64,000 bases of DNA. Source: Candidatus Cybelea sp. (GTDB lineage Bacteria > Vulcanimicrobiota > Vulcanimicrobiia > Vulcanimicrobiales > Vulcanimicrobiaceae). Position numbers and translations under genes: made by a program. The DNA is taken from assembly GCA_035656195.1 (NCBI GenBank), contig DASRSZ010000051.1:4361-68360 (forward strand), in the 5' to 3' direction. This document shows, one piece after another, positions 39,145 to 47,875 of the stretch. The notes below the pieces were generated by a model. That model was not told where the DNA came from, made no database searches, and was given only the letters and a program-made list of their open reading frames with translations. The stretch's first letter is position 1. The number at the start of each line of letters is the position of its first letter.

Positions 39145-40419
39145 CTAAGGCGTGAACTCGAAGACCGTTCCTTGGTTGGCGTTACCGCCGCCTTGCACCG
39201 TCGTGCCATAGAACTTACCGTTGGCGCCCTTCGTCAGCCCGTAATAGGAAAACGCGCCGTCGGCGCCGCCGGCGAACGCGTGGAGAACCGCTTCCTTTCC
39301 GGTGGTTGCATCGACTTTGAAGATCGTTCCGCAGTTGCAGCTGCCGCCGCCCATCGATGTCGTGCCGTAGAGAACACCGGGTGCTCCAAAGACGAGCGTG
39401 CTCGTCGAGGAGTTACCGTCGTTGCCGCTTTTGAAACTGTAGAGAACGTGTTCCCGATATTTGCCCTTCACGCCGCGGCTGATCGCGAAGACGGTACCCA
39501 ACGAGTTTGCGCCGCCGTAGTACGTGGTTCCATACAATTTGCCGGACGCATCGGCGATCAAGCCGCCATAGGGCCCCCCGGCATCCGGCGGACCCTTGAA
39601 GGTGTAGAGCGTCTTCAGATTCCACAGCCCGCCTCCACCCGGTGAGAGCCTGTAGACGGTGCCCCACATGTGCTTGCCGCCGGTTTCGGTGACGCCGTAA
39701 AGATTGCCCGAAACGTAGAGTAGAGCACCGAGCGATCCGGTACCGCCGTCGTTGCCGCCGGTAAAAGCGTGAATGACCTTTTCCTGGCCATTTCGCGGAA
39801 TCTCGTAGACGACGCCGTGCGAAGACGCGCCGCCGTCGGGCGTCGTTCCGAACAGGTTGCCTTTCGTGTCGAACACAACCGCTCCGCCTGGCCCGAAGCC
39901 GTCGGTCCCGCCGGTGAAACTGTGCAACACGTTTTCTGTCGTCGGCGTCAATTGATAGACGAGGCCGCAACCAGTGCTGCCGCACGAGCCGCCGGAGCCT
40001 CCCGACACGGTCGAACCGTCGAGATTACCGTGCGGATCGAACGTCACGCCGCCGTAGGGAGTCTTTCCCTTCGCGAAGCAATCGAAATTGAAAAGCACGG
40101 TCTCCGGCCACGGCGGGCTGGCTGCCGGCGTGAGCTTGAAGACCGTGCCGCACGTCGCGGCTCCTCCGACGACGGTCGTGCCGTAGAGGTTCCCGCTGCC
40201 GTCCAAGATCAACCCGGTTGCAGCGTCACCGCCATCGCTGCCGCCGGTGAAACTGTAAAGCACTTGCTCTTTAGCCGCCGCGAAGCCGGCGCCATGACCG
40301 GCCGAATAGGGCACCATACCTGTGGGCGCACCAGCCGACGTCTGCGACCCGCCGCAGCCGGCCAAAAATAAAGCGCCACAGACCCCCGACACTAAGTTGC
40401 AAAAACCGCCGAATTTCAT
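39145..40419 (-). CDS. GloVer (Gloeo_Verruco, TIGR03803-type) tandem-repeat lipoprotein
   Basis: Lipobox 'FLAGCGG' after ATG 40419. At least 7 repeats of 'VL(Y/H)SFTGG.DG..P.GGL..D..GNLYGTT..GG....GTVF.L'. Confidence 0.7.
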   Translation of the reverse strand: MKFGGFCNLVSGVCGALFLAGCGGSQTSAGAPTGMVPYSAGHGAGFAAAKEQVLYSFTGGSDGGDAATGLILDGSGNLYGTTVVGGAATCGTVFKLTPAASPPWPETVLFNFDCFAKGKTPYGGVTFDPHGNLDGSTVSGGSGGSCGSTGCGLVYQLTPTTENVLHSFTGGTDGFGPGGAVVFDTKGNLFGTTPDGGASSHGVVYEIPRNGQEKVIHAFTGGNDGGTGSLGALLYVSGNLYGVTETGGKHMWGTVYRLSPGGGGLWNLKTLYTFKGPPDAGGPYGGLIADASGKLYGTTYYGGANSLGTVFAISRGVKGKYREHVLYSFKSGNDGNSSTSTLVFGAPGVLYGTTSMGGGSCNCGTIFKVDATTGKEAVLHAFAGGADGAFSYYGLTKGANGKFYGTTVQGGGNANQGTVFEFTP

Positions 40420-40599
40420 AGCATCGTTCCTCGTTTTCTGTCTGGGTACGTGCCGCTTTCGACCCACCTTAACAAAAGTCATTGCACTGCAATCATCTTT
40501 CTAGAAAATTGTTTGCGCGGAGGCTTGACCGTGCAATCGCATCGTCTATAGACTTGTTCTATTCGCGTTGTTCGACTCAAAAAATAAGGGGCAGGCAGA

Positions 40600-42003
40600 A
40601 TGATGAGCACACGAGTTCTCGCCATCAGCATCGTCATCGCGTTTGCCGGCTGCACGCAATCTTCGTCGCCGATCGCATCCCTTCCGACCAGCACCCAACC
40701 ATCTGCTAACGCCGAGCCCTCGACGATCGCTCGAAGTTCGCATATCGTTACACCGCAGGGCTTCGGCGCGCCGGTAAAAATCCAGCACGTTGTGATCATC
40801 GTTCAGGAGAACCGGACGGTCAACGATCTCTTCAATGGTTTCCCGGGCGCGCTAACGGTGCGAACCGCGAAAAACTCTTTCGGTAAGCTCGTGTATCTGC
40901 GCCCGATACCCCTAACCGCGCCATACGACATCGGCCATACGCATACGGCCTTCGCCACGGAGTACGCCGGCGGCAAGATGAACGGTTTCAATCTCGTCAC
41001 CTCGAGCTGCGACAAGGACGATACATGCGCGCCGGCGGCCGTGCGCGCCTATGGCTACGTGCCGGCGAAAGAGATAGCGCCGTATTTCATCATGGCGAAG
41101 CGGTACGCTTTTGCGAATCATATGTTTCAGACCAACGAGGGCCCGAGTTTTCCCGCACATCAGTATCTCCTGAGCGGCACCTCGACGATCAGCGACGGAT
41201 CGTCGCTCCGCGCTTCCGAAAATCCGCAGACGCCCAAACACAAAGAGACCGGCGGCTGCAACTCACCCGCCGGGTCGGTGGTACGGCTCATCGATCCTCA
41301 AGGGAATGAGAATCAAACCGCCTATCCGTGCTTCAATCGCAATTCCCTGATCCAACTGATCGAAGCGAAGTCGCTGACCTGGCACTACTATCAAGACCAT
41401 CTGGGGCCCGGTTTGTGGGAGGCTCCCGACGCGATCGCACCGGTTTTTCACAGCCCGCTGTTTGCGTCAGACGTCGTTGCCCCGCCCTCGCAAGTTCTCA
41501 AAGATATCGCTGCCGGAAGCTTGGCAAACGTGGTTTGGGTGACGCCGACGTGGGCGGCTTCCGACCACGCTGGCTCTACCGACGGCTCCGGGCCTTCTTG
41601 GGTCGCATCGGTCGTAAATAAGATCGGTCTGAGCAAGTATTGGAAGAATACGGCGATCTTCGTTACCTGGGACGATTGGGGAGGATGGTACGACCCGATG
41701 CCTCCTGCAGTCTACAACTCCTACGAGCTAAGCTTTCGCGTCCCGCTCCTGGTGATTTCCGCTTACGCCAAGCCACACTATATCTCGCCAGTCCAACACG
41801 AGTTCGCCAGCATACTGAAGTTCACGGAAAAGGCGTTCGACCTCGGCTCGCTCGGTACGACCGACGTCCGCGCCGACGATCTCTCCGATTGTTTCGATTT
41901 CTCGAAGGGTCCGCAGCGGTTTATCCCGATCCCTGCGCCGTTAAACGCGGACTACTTCTTACGACAACCCGTCTCCAACAAAGATCCCGACGACGACTTT
42001 TAA
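40600..42003 (+). CDS. Phosphoesterase-family lipoprotein, paralogue 4
   Basis: Lipobox 'VIAFAGCTQ', 'IQHVVIIVQENRTVNDLFNG' and 'VTWDDWGGWYDPMPP'. By eye, long stretches are near-identical at DNA level to paralogue 2 around 'aataagatcgg.ctgag.aagta.tggaagaatacggcgatcttcgttacctgggacgattgggg'. Confidence 0.6.
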   Translation: MMSTRVLAISIVIAFAGCTQSSSPIASLPTSTQPSANAEPSTIARSSHIVTPQGFGAPVKIQHVVIIVQENRTVNDLFNGFPGALTVRTAKNSFGKLVYLRPIPLTAPYDIGHTHTAFATEYAGGKMNGFNLVTSSCDKDDTCAPAAVRAYGYVPAKEIAPYFIMAKRYAFANHMFQTNEGPSFPAHQYLLSGTSTISDGSSLRASENPQTPKHKETGGCNSPAGSVVRLIDPQGNENQTAYPCFNRNSLIQLIEAKSLTWHYYQDHLGPGLWEAPDAIAPVFHSPLFASDVVAPPSQVLKDIAAGSLANVVWVTPTWAASDHAGSTDGSGPSWVASVVNKIGLSKYWKNTAIFVTWDDWGGWYDPMPPAVYNSYELSFRVPLLVISAYAKPHYISPVQHEFASILKFTEKAFDLGSLGTTDVRADDLSDCFDFSKGPQRFIPIPAPLNADYFLRQPVSNKDPDDDF

Positions 42004-42047
42004 GCGATCGCCGCGTGCGGCACGTCGTGCACACACGCGGCGATCGC
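42004..42047. terminator. Perfect 14-bp inverted repeat (hairpin) between convergent genes
   Basis: 'gcgatcgccgcgtg' (42004-17) pairs with 'cacgcggcgatcgc' (42034-47). The 16-nt loop itself holds a 5-bp inner stem. The repeat starts directly after the TAA of paralogue 4, and there is no T-run. Confidence 0.45.
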
Positions 42048-42077
42048 GAGGCTGCGCGATAGCTGCAGTAGTCGGTG

Positions 42078-43103
42078 CTAGTACAGCGCTAGGAAGTTTG
42101 CGCCGTTGAGCTGAGTGTTGGAGCCCGAAATCGTTCGGAGCGGCGTCGCGTTGCCGTTGGCGTTGCTAGCAAACTCTTTAATGGAATTACCGCTAAAGTC
42201 CGCAACCCAGATATGATTCTTGCCATCTGCGACGACGCCGGCGGCGTAGGAGAAACCGGTGATCGTTTGCACGGGTGCGACGTTGCCGCTGGCACCCTTG
42301 GCGAAGACGAGAACTCCAGCGCCTTCGTCAGCTACGAGGAGCCGTCCGGTGCGATCGAACGCCAGAGCGAACGGCGTGATGAGGCCCGTGTTGCTTCCAG
42401 CGATCGACACGACCGGCGAGACGTTGCCGCTGGCGCCGCTCGCGAAAGCGAGGATTGACGATCCGCGCGTGTTTGCCACCCAGAGGTGGCCACCCGCGTC
42501 CCGGGCCATCCCCGTCGGGGTGTTCAAGTGCGTTTTGCTTCCACCGATCGTGTCGATCGGCGAAACGTTGCCGCGTGCACCGGGGGCATATTCGGTGATC
42601 CAGTTGTTGCTATAGCTTGTCGCCCAGAGATCGCCCGAAGGATCGACGAGCAGGCCTTCGGTCGGGCCGAGATGTGAGCTTGAGCCACCGATGTTTCGCG
42701 ATGGTTTGATGTTGCCGGTTGCGTCTTCAGCGAAGACTTGAACCGTCGTTCCACCGTCGTCGGTGGCGTAGATGTGGCCCTGTGCGTCTAAGGCCAGCGA
42801 ATCCGGATCGTTCAGCTTCGTTTTCGATCCGGCGATTGCCTCAATCGGCGCGACGTTGCCGGACGAGGCTACGCTGAACCCAAGCACGCTTCCACCATCG
42901 CGGTTAGCGGTGAAGATCCGGACTCCGGTAGCGGCTGGTTCGAACGAACCGGGGGTTTGTGCCGAGGTCTCGATCGGTTGGCGCGCGAGGGCGGCGGCCG
43001 CCGGGACGTACGCCCCGGTCGCCGTCTGCCCGGCGCAGCCGGTGAGGCCGGCGATCAGGGCGAGGGCCGGCAGCCAGTACCGGCGTGACGGGGATGCGGA
43101 CAT
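42078..43103 (-). CDS. NHL-like 'GNVxP' repeat beta-propeller lipoprotein
   Basis: ATG 43103 has AAGGAG upstream. Lipobox 'GLTGCAG'. About 6-7 blades of ~45 aa, 'G.SGNV.P...I.GS.T.L..P.G.A.D..G.LWV'. Confidence 0.7.
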   Translation of the reverse strand: MSASPSRRYWLPALALIAGLTGCAGQTATGAYVPAAAALARQPIETSAQTPGSFEPAATGVRIFTANRDGGSVLGFSVASSGNVAPIEAIAGSKTKLNDPDSLALDAQGHIYATDDGGTTVQVFAEDATGNIKPSRNIGGSSSHLGPTEGLLVDPSGDLWATSYSNNWITEYAPGARGNVSPIDTIGGSKTHLNTPTGMARDAGGHLWVANTRGSSILAFASGASGNVSPVVSIAGSNTGLITPFALAFDRTGRLLVADEGAGVLVFAKGASGNVAPVQTITGFSYAAGVVADGKNHIWVADFSGNSIKEFASNANGNATPLRTISGSNTQLNGANFLALY

Positions 43104-43215
43104 GTAATTTCTCCTTGAAGTTTCGAGTGCTGTGGCGCCTATCGTAGCGAAGGCGCCGTACGGAATCGCACGAGGGCCGGGAAGCCGCCGCTGACCCCGA
43201 GAAGGGCCTCCAAAA

Positions 43216-46200
43216 ATGGGCAAAGCTGCCGCGAAGGTGAGTGAGCTGCGGCCGGCGCGAGCCAAAAAGCCGGGGCATCTCGAGATTCGCCTATTCGGTC
43301 ATTTAGAAATCGCACTCGACGGCGCGCGCTTCGATCTTGCCACGCCGCGGAAATCGCTTCAGGTTCTCGCCTACCTCTTATTGCACCGCGCGGCTCCGGT
43401 GTCGCGCGAGTACCTTGCCTTTCTGCTCTATCCGGATGACGAAGAAGGTGCCGCGCGGGCAAAGCTGCGCGCGACGCTCAGCGATCTTTCGAAGATCCTG
43501 CCGCAGCCGGCCGACCGGTACATCTCGATCGATGCCGACAAGGTCGCGTGGAATCCGAATGCAGACCTTTGGCTGGACGTCGATGCCTTCGAGTCGGCGT
43601 CAAACGAGAAAAGCCGGCTCGGCGAAGCGATCGACCTCTATCGTGGCGATTTGCTTCCCGCGATCTACGACGAATGGCTCGACGTCATCCGCGAGCGACT
43701 CCGCAACGCGTACTTGCGCTGCCTGACCGAGCGGGTCTCCGAAGCTCGGCGAAACGCAAACCTCCCGGTGGCGATCGAAGCCGCGCGCAGAGTGCTCGCC
43801 GTCGATCCGTGGCGCGAAGACGTCGTGCGGCGAGTCATCGCGATGCGTTACGAGAGCGGCGATCGCGCGGGTGCTCTGCGTGAGTACGAGGGATTCGCCA
43901 AGCGTCTTCGCGCGGAAATGAACGCCGAACCGATGGCCGAAACGAGGGCGGTCGCCGAACGTATTTCGCGCGACGAGGCGCCGGCAGACGAGAACGGCGA
44001 GCTCGACCGCACTGGCGTCGCCGGCGGTTCGGCAGTTCTACCGTTCGTCGGGCGGCGCGACGAGATGGAGCGCTTGTTGGAGACGTGGAGCCGCGTCGCG
44101 CGTGGTCGCGGCGCGTGTACGTTCGTCAGCGGCGAAGCCGGCATCGGTAAGTCGCGGATCGCGTACGAGTTCGCTCATGCAGCAGAAGATCGCGGCGGGC
44201 GCGTGCTCGTTGGGACAACCAGTTCGCCGGAAGCCGTTCCCTACGAAGCCGTCGCCGACGCTCTGCGCTCCGCGCTTCCATTAGTCGTATCGCTGAAGCC
44301 GAGCATCGCGCTTGCCAGCGTGGCCGCTCTCGTACCTGAAATCAACGCGCGCGTTACGCTTCCCGGCGTACCACGGCTCGATGCAGAGAGCGAACGCATT
44401 CGCCTCTTCGAGTCGCTCTTTCGATGCCTCGCGGATCTTGCGTCGGCGCGCCCGGTGCTGCTTGTGCTCGAAGATCTGCACTGGGCGCAAGACGCCTCGA
44501 TCGAGCTGCTGCAGTTCGTCCTGCGCCGAATTTCCGCCGTGCCGGTGATGATCCTCGTCACGTATCGCGACGAGGAAACGTCGCGACTGCATGCGCTGCA
44601 TCGTCTTCGGCGCGAAGCGCGAGCCGCGTCGAGCGCGCAGAGCATCTGGTTGAGCCGATTGAGCGCCGGTGACGTCGAGGAACTGCGCGCGACATTACCC
44701 GATATGCGCGATCGTCCGGCCGAAACGCTGATCGCCGCGTCGCAAGGGAACCCGCTCTTTCTCACCCAGTTGGTTGTCGAGGTGCGCGAGGGCGAGCGAG
44801 CAGCAGCGACCTCGCTGCAGGAGGTTGTCGCCCGCCGCGTCGACCGACTCTCCGAGAACGCACGAACCGCCGCCGAGATTGCCGCGTGCATCGGCGACCG
44901 CTTTTCGCGCGACGCCGTCCGCGAGGTCAGCGCGTGGGACGAAACCGCCCTGACCGATGCGCTCGATGAGCTGCTCGACCGCCGCATCATACGTGAAGCC
45001 GGCGGTCGAGGCTACCTCGAATACGCCTTCACGCACCAGCTGGTCCACGAAGCGATCGCGCAGGCCATACCTCCCAAAAATGCCGCCATTCGCCGCCGCC
45101 GCGTGGCGCGCGTGCTCGAGGAACTCTATCCCGAGAGGGTTTCCGAGCTCTCGGCGCTGCTTGCGGCGCACTATGAATGTGCCGGCGATATTGCAAACGC
45201 TACGCGTTGCTATCTCGAAGCGATCCGACGCTCGTTTTCGATCGTCGCGCTCCAGGAAGCACGGGCGCTGTGCGATCGAGCGCTTTCACTCGATGCGCCA
45301 TTGCATACTCGGGCCGACCTGCTGCTGGAGAGCGTGTCTATCGAATCTCGGTCCGGCGACCGCGAATCGTGGCGTACGGCGCTTTCATCGTTGGATCGGA
45401 TTGATTCCGAGCTCGGCGATCCCGCCATCCATCGCGCTACGCTGTTGCGCTTCATCGAATTCGCTTCGACGATCGGCGACCGCGATGCGCACGAGCGTGC
45501 GGTTCGCGAGTTGCGCGCATCCGTGCCGCAAGACGATTCGCGTTGGAACGCGACCGTCCACTTGGCCGAAGCGAGGCTAGCTTACTCTCTCGGTCGCTTG
45601 ACGGAGGCCTATGCCTGTGGCGAAGCGGCCGTCGCGAGTAGTCGCGCTGCCGGCAGCGAGGTTGAAACGGTCCCCGCGCTCTGCTGCATGGCTGAAGTCG
45701 AAACGTATCGCGGCCATCTTTCTGCCGCCGAGGCGTTATTCGATCAAGCTGCAGGCGTGGCGTCGCGCGCCGCCGATCCGGTACTGGAGTTGCTCTCGTT
45801 GCGAAGCGGCTGGACGATCGCGTACCAGCGTCGCGACATCGCGCGCTGTATTACCCTAGCCACACGCTGCTTAGGGTTAGGGATGAAATTGGGCGACCGG
45901 CCGGCGGAGGCGCAAGCCCACGGCCGCCTCGGCGTTGCACTCGCGGCAGAAGGGAAGGAGTGCGCACGAGCGCGCGAGCATTTCGCCGCCTCGGCACGCA
46001 TTTACGGCGAACACGGTAATCTCGCCGGAACGGCGGGCGCGCTTATGAATGGAGCTCTCCTTGAATACAAGCTAGGGTCCTTCGAACTCGCGCTTGCGGA
46101 CACCGAGAAAGCGGTCGAGCTTTTCGAGCGCGCGAGCGACGCGCGTGGACGGGGCGCCGGGCTCGCGAATCTTGTCTTTCTGCGCGCCTACACCGGACAA

Positions 46201-46725
46201 ATGGTCGGCGCGCGCAAGGCTGCCGAGGAAGGGCTCGAGCTCGTGCGCCAGTTCGGATTCGAGCTTATTGAACCGTCGATCATCGAGAATATGGCATTTG
46301 CCGAGGCAGCGGCCGGCGATCATCGGCGCGCGATCGAACTCGCCGAAGCGTCGTTCGAGCTGCGGTCGCGTTCGGACTCACACGTGTGGTCGCGCAAGAC
46401 TTTGGCGGACGTTGCGATTTGGCAGGCTAAGCTCGGAAATCTGCCGGCCGCTCGCGATGCGGCTCGACGATTGCTCGCCGACGGCGATGCTATCATGCGC
46501 GGAGCGGATTGGCCGTCGTACTGCTACTGGGCCGCAGCCCAGATATTCCATCTCGACGGAGATTCAAAAGCGGCCGCGCATGCGCTCACGCAAGCGAAAC
46601 GCTTGATGCAGATGACCGCCAACGCGCTCGAGGCCGACGATCGCGAGCGCTTTTTAGGATTGCCGTGGCACGTCGACCTCGTTCGCGCGGCGGCGGACGG
46701 CGCATGGCCGACCCCGCCTCGGTAA
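43216..46725 (+). CDS. SARP/AfsR-type regulator: OmpR-like wHTH plus BTAD, STAND ATPase and TPR array
   Basis: 'LEIRLFGHLEIALDG...LAYLLLHR' is the wHTH, 'LYRGDLL...DEW' the BTAD, and 'GEAGIGKSRIAYEF' the P-loop. About 550 aa of helical repeats follow. Length 1169 aa. Confidence 0.8.
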   Translation: MGKAAAKVSELRPARAKKPGHLEIRLFGHLEIALDGARFDLATPRKSLQVLAYLLLHRAAPVSREYLAFLLYPDDEEGAARAKLRATLSDLSKILPQPADRYISIDADKVAWNPNADLWLDVDAFESASNEKSRLGEAIDLYRGDLLPAIYDEWLDVIRERLRNAYLRCLTERVSEARRNANLPVAIEAARRVLAVDPWREDVVRRVIAMRYESGDRAGALREYEGFAKRLRAEMNAEPMAETRAVAERISRDEAPADENGELDRTGVAGGSAVLPFVGRRDEMERLLETWSRVARGRGACTFVSGEAGIGKSRIAYEFAHAAEDRGGRVLVGTTSSPEAVPYEAVADALRSALPLVVSLKPSIALASVAALVPEINARVTLPGVPRLDAESERIRLFESLFRCLADLASARPVLLVLEDLHWAQDASIELLQFVLRRISAVPVMILVTYRDEETSRLHALHRLRREARAASSAQSIWLSRLSAGDVEELRATLPDMRDRPAETLIAASQGNPLFLTQLVVEVREGERAAATSLQEVVARRVDRLSENARTAAEIAACIGDRFSRDAVREVSAWDETALTDALDELLDRRIIREAGGRGYLEYAFTHQLVHEAIAQAIPPKNAAIRRRRVARVLEELYPERVSELSALLAAHYECAGDIANATRCYLEAIRRSFSIVALQEARALCDRALSLDAPLHTRADLLLESVSIESRSGDRESWRTALSSLDRIDSELGDPAIHRATLLRFIEFASTIGDRDAHERAVRELRASVPQDDSRWNATVHLAEARLAYSLGRLTEAYACGEAAVASSRAAGSEVETVPALCCMAEVETYRGHLSAAEALFDQAAGVASRAADPVLELLSLRSGWTIAYQRRDIARCITLATRCLGLGMKLGDRPAEAQAHGRLGVALAAEGKECARAREHFAASARIYGEHGNLAGTAGALMNGALLEYKLGSFELALADTEKAVELFERASDARGRGAGLANLVFLRAYTGQMVGARKAAEEGLELVRQFGFELIEPSIIENMAFAEAAAGDHRRAIELAEASFELRSRSDSHVWSRKTLADVAIWQAKLGNLPAARDAARRLLADGDAIMRGADWPSYCYWAAAQIFHLDGDSKAAAHALTQAKRLMQMTANALEADDRERFLGLPWHVDLVRAAADGAWPTPPR

Positions 46726-47169
46726 TTACATCTTGACCTTCGCGATGCTGATCATCGTCTTGCCGCCCTGAGTGGTAATCGTCACGGACGTCTGTCCAGT
46801 GCCGGGCTCGCCCATCATGAAGACGGCGCTCTCGACGGGAGCCGTGACGTGCGATTTCTCCGAGCCCGCCGGCATATTCTTTTGATACCAGCTGTAGACT
46901 TTATCGAAGGAATCGGTCGTTGACATCACTTTACCGGCCGCGCTGCCCATCATGTTGTTGCTGCTGCTGCCCGCGGCTTGTGTGGTGGCACCCGGGTAGC
47001 TAGGAACGTCGCCGGCGGCTGTGGTCGCGGCGGCGCTGGATTCGGGGCTCGCCTCGGAGGATGCAGCGGCGCTGGATTGATCGCTGCTCGAGCTCGATGA
47101 CGATTTGCTGCTGCAGGCGGTAAATGTGATCGCGGCGACGATCACGAGCAATGTACCGAGAAAACGCAT
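46726..47169 (-). CDS. Hypothetical lipoprotein with a Ser-rich linker
   Basis: Lipobox 'ITFTACSS' then 'KSSSSSSSDQSS'. Its stop abuts the stop of the convergent SARP gene (TAATTA). Confidence 0.55.
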   Translation of the reverse strand: MRFLGTLLVIVAAITFTACSSKSSSSSSSDQSSAAASSEASPESSAAATTAAGDVPSYPGATTQAAGSSSNNMMGSAAGKVMSTTDSFDKVYSWYQKNMPAGSEKSHVTAPVESAVFMMGEPGTGQTSVTITTQGGKTMISIAKVKM

Positions 47170-47190
47170 TCGTATCTCCTTTATGGTTGT

Positions 47191-47838
47191 CTAGAACTGC
47201 ATCCGCAGGATTTTGAGCGTTGGGTTCACTACGGCGACGGGCCGTGCGCGCGCGGCTTCGAGGTAGACGTACTCGCGATCGTCGGGCCGGAGCCCGTCGA
47301 ACTCCCACTCGCTGACGCGCGCATCCGGATACTTCGACTTCGCGATCGCTTCGCGTGCCGTTTGCGCGAGCCGAGCAAACTCGATGGCGTTTGGATTGAA
47401 AGCGCGACGGTCGACTTCCGCAGCGGTGATCGGGCCGCCGCTGAGTGACATCAGTCGTACCGGGGTTGGTCCGGAGAGCTTCCCATCCGGCGCGACGACA
47501 TACCGGTCGACATTGATGTGCGTTGCCGGCTCCTGAACGTTGACCATCAGGCCGTTGATCCGATCGGCGCTGATTTCCGTAACGCGCAGCGGTTTCCCCG
47601 AACGCGCCGCAATTGCGTCGAGCGCGTGAAGCACCGCATTGCCGTCGCTCAAGAAGGGGTCGATTTGGCCGCCTCCCGGGTTGGTTGCAGCCAAGCTGGG
47701 GTCTCCCGAACCATACGACGCGCTGCCCGACGAAGATCCCGAATACGCCGCGAGTGCGAACGCAAAACCGATCGCGATGGGGGCGCCGAAGAGGAAACAG
47801 TAACGCAGCTGCATGTTTGCGGAGCCGTTACTTTCCAA
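47191..47838 (-). CDS. Hypothetical exported protein
   Basis: Hydrophobic N-terminus 'MQLRYCFLFGAPIAIGFAFALAAYSG' (alternative start at 47814). No family recognised. Confidence 0.5.
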   Translation of the reverse strand: MESNGSANMQLRYCFLFGAPIAIGFAFALAAYSGSSSGSASYGSGDPSLAATNPGGGQIDPFLSDGNAVLHALDAIAARSGKPLRVTEISADRINGLMVNVQEPATHINVDRYVVAPDGKLSGPTPVRLMSLSGGPITAAEVDRRAFNPNAIEFARLAQTAREAIAKSKYPDARVSEWEFDGLRPDDREYVYLEAARARPVAVVNPTLKILRMQF

Positions 47839-47875
47839 GACGGTCGAGCGATTCCCCGCTCGAAGGCAGATTCGG

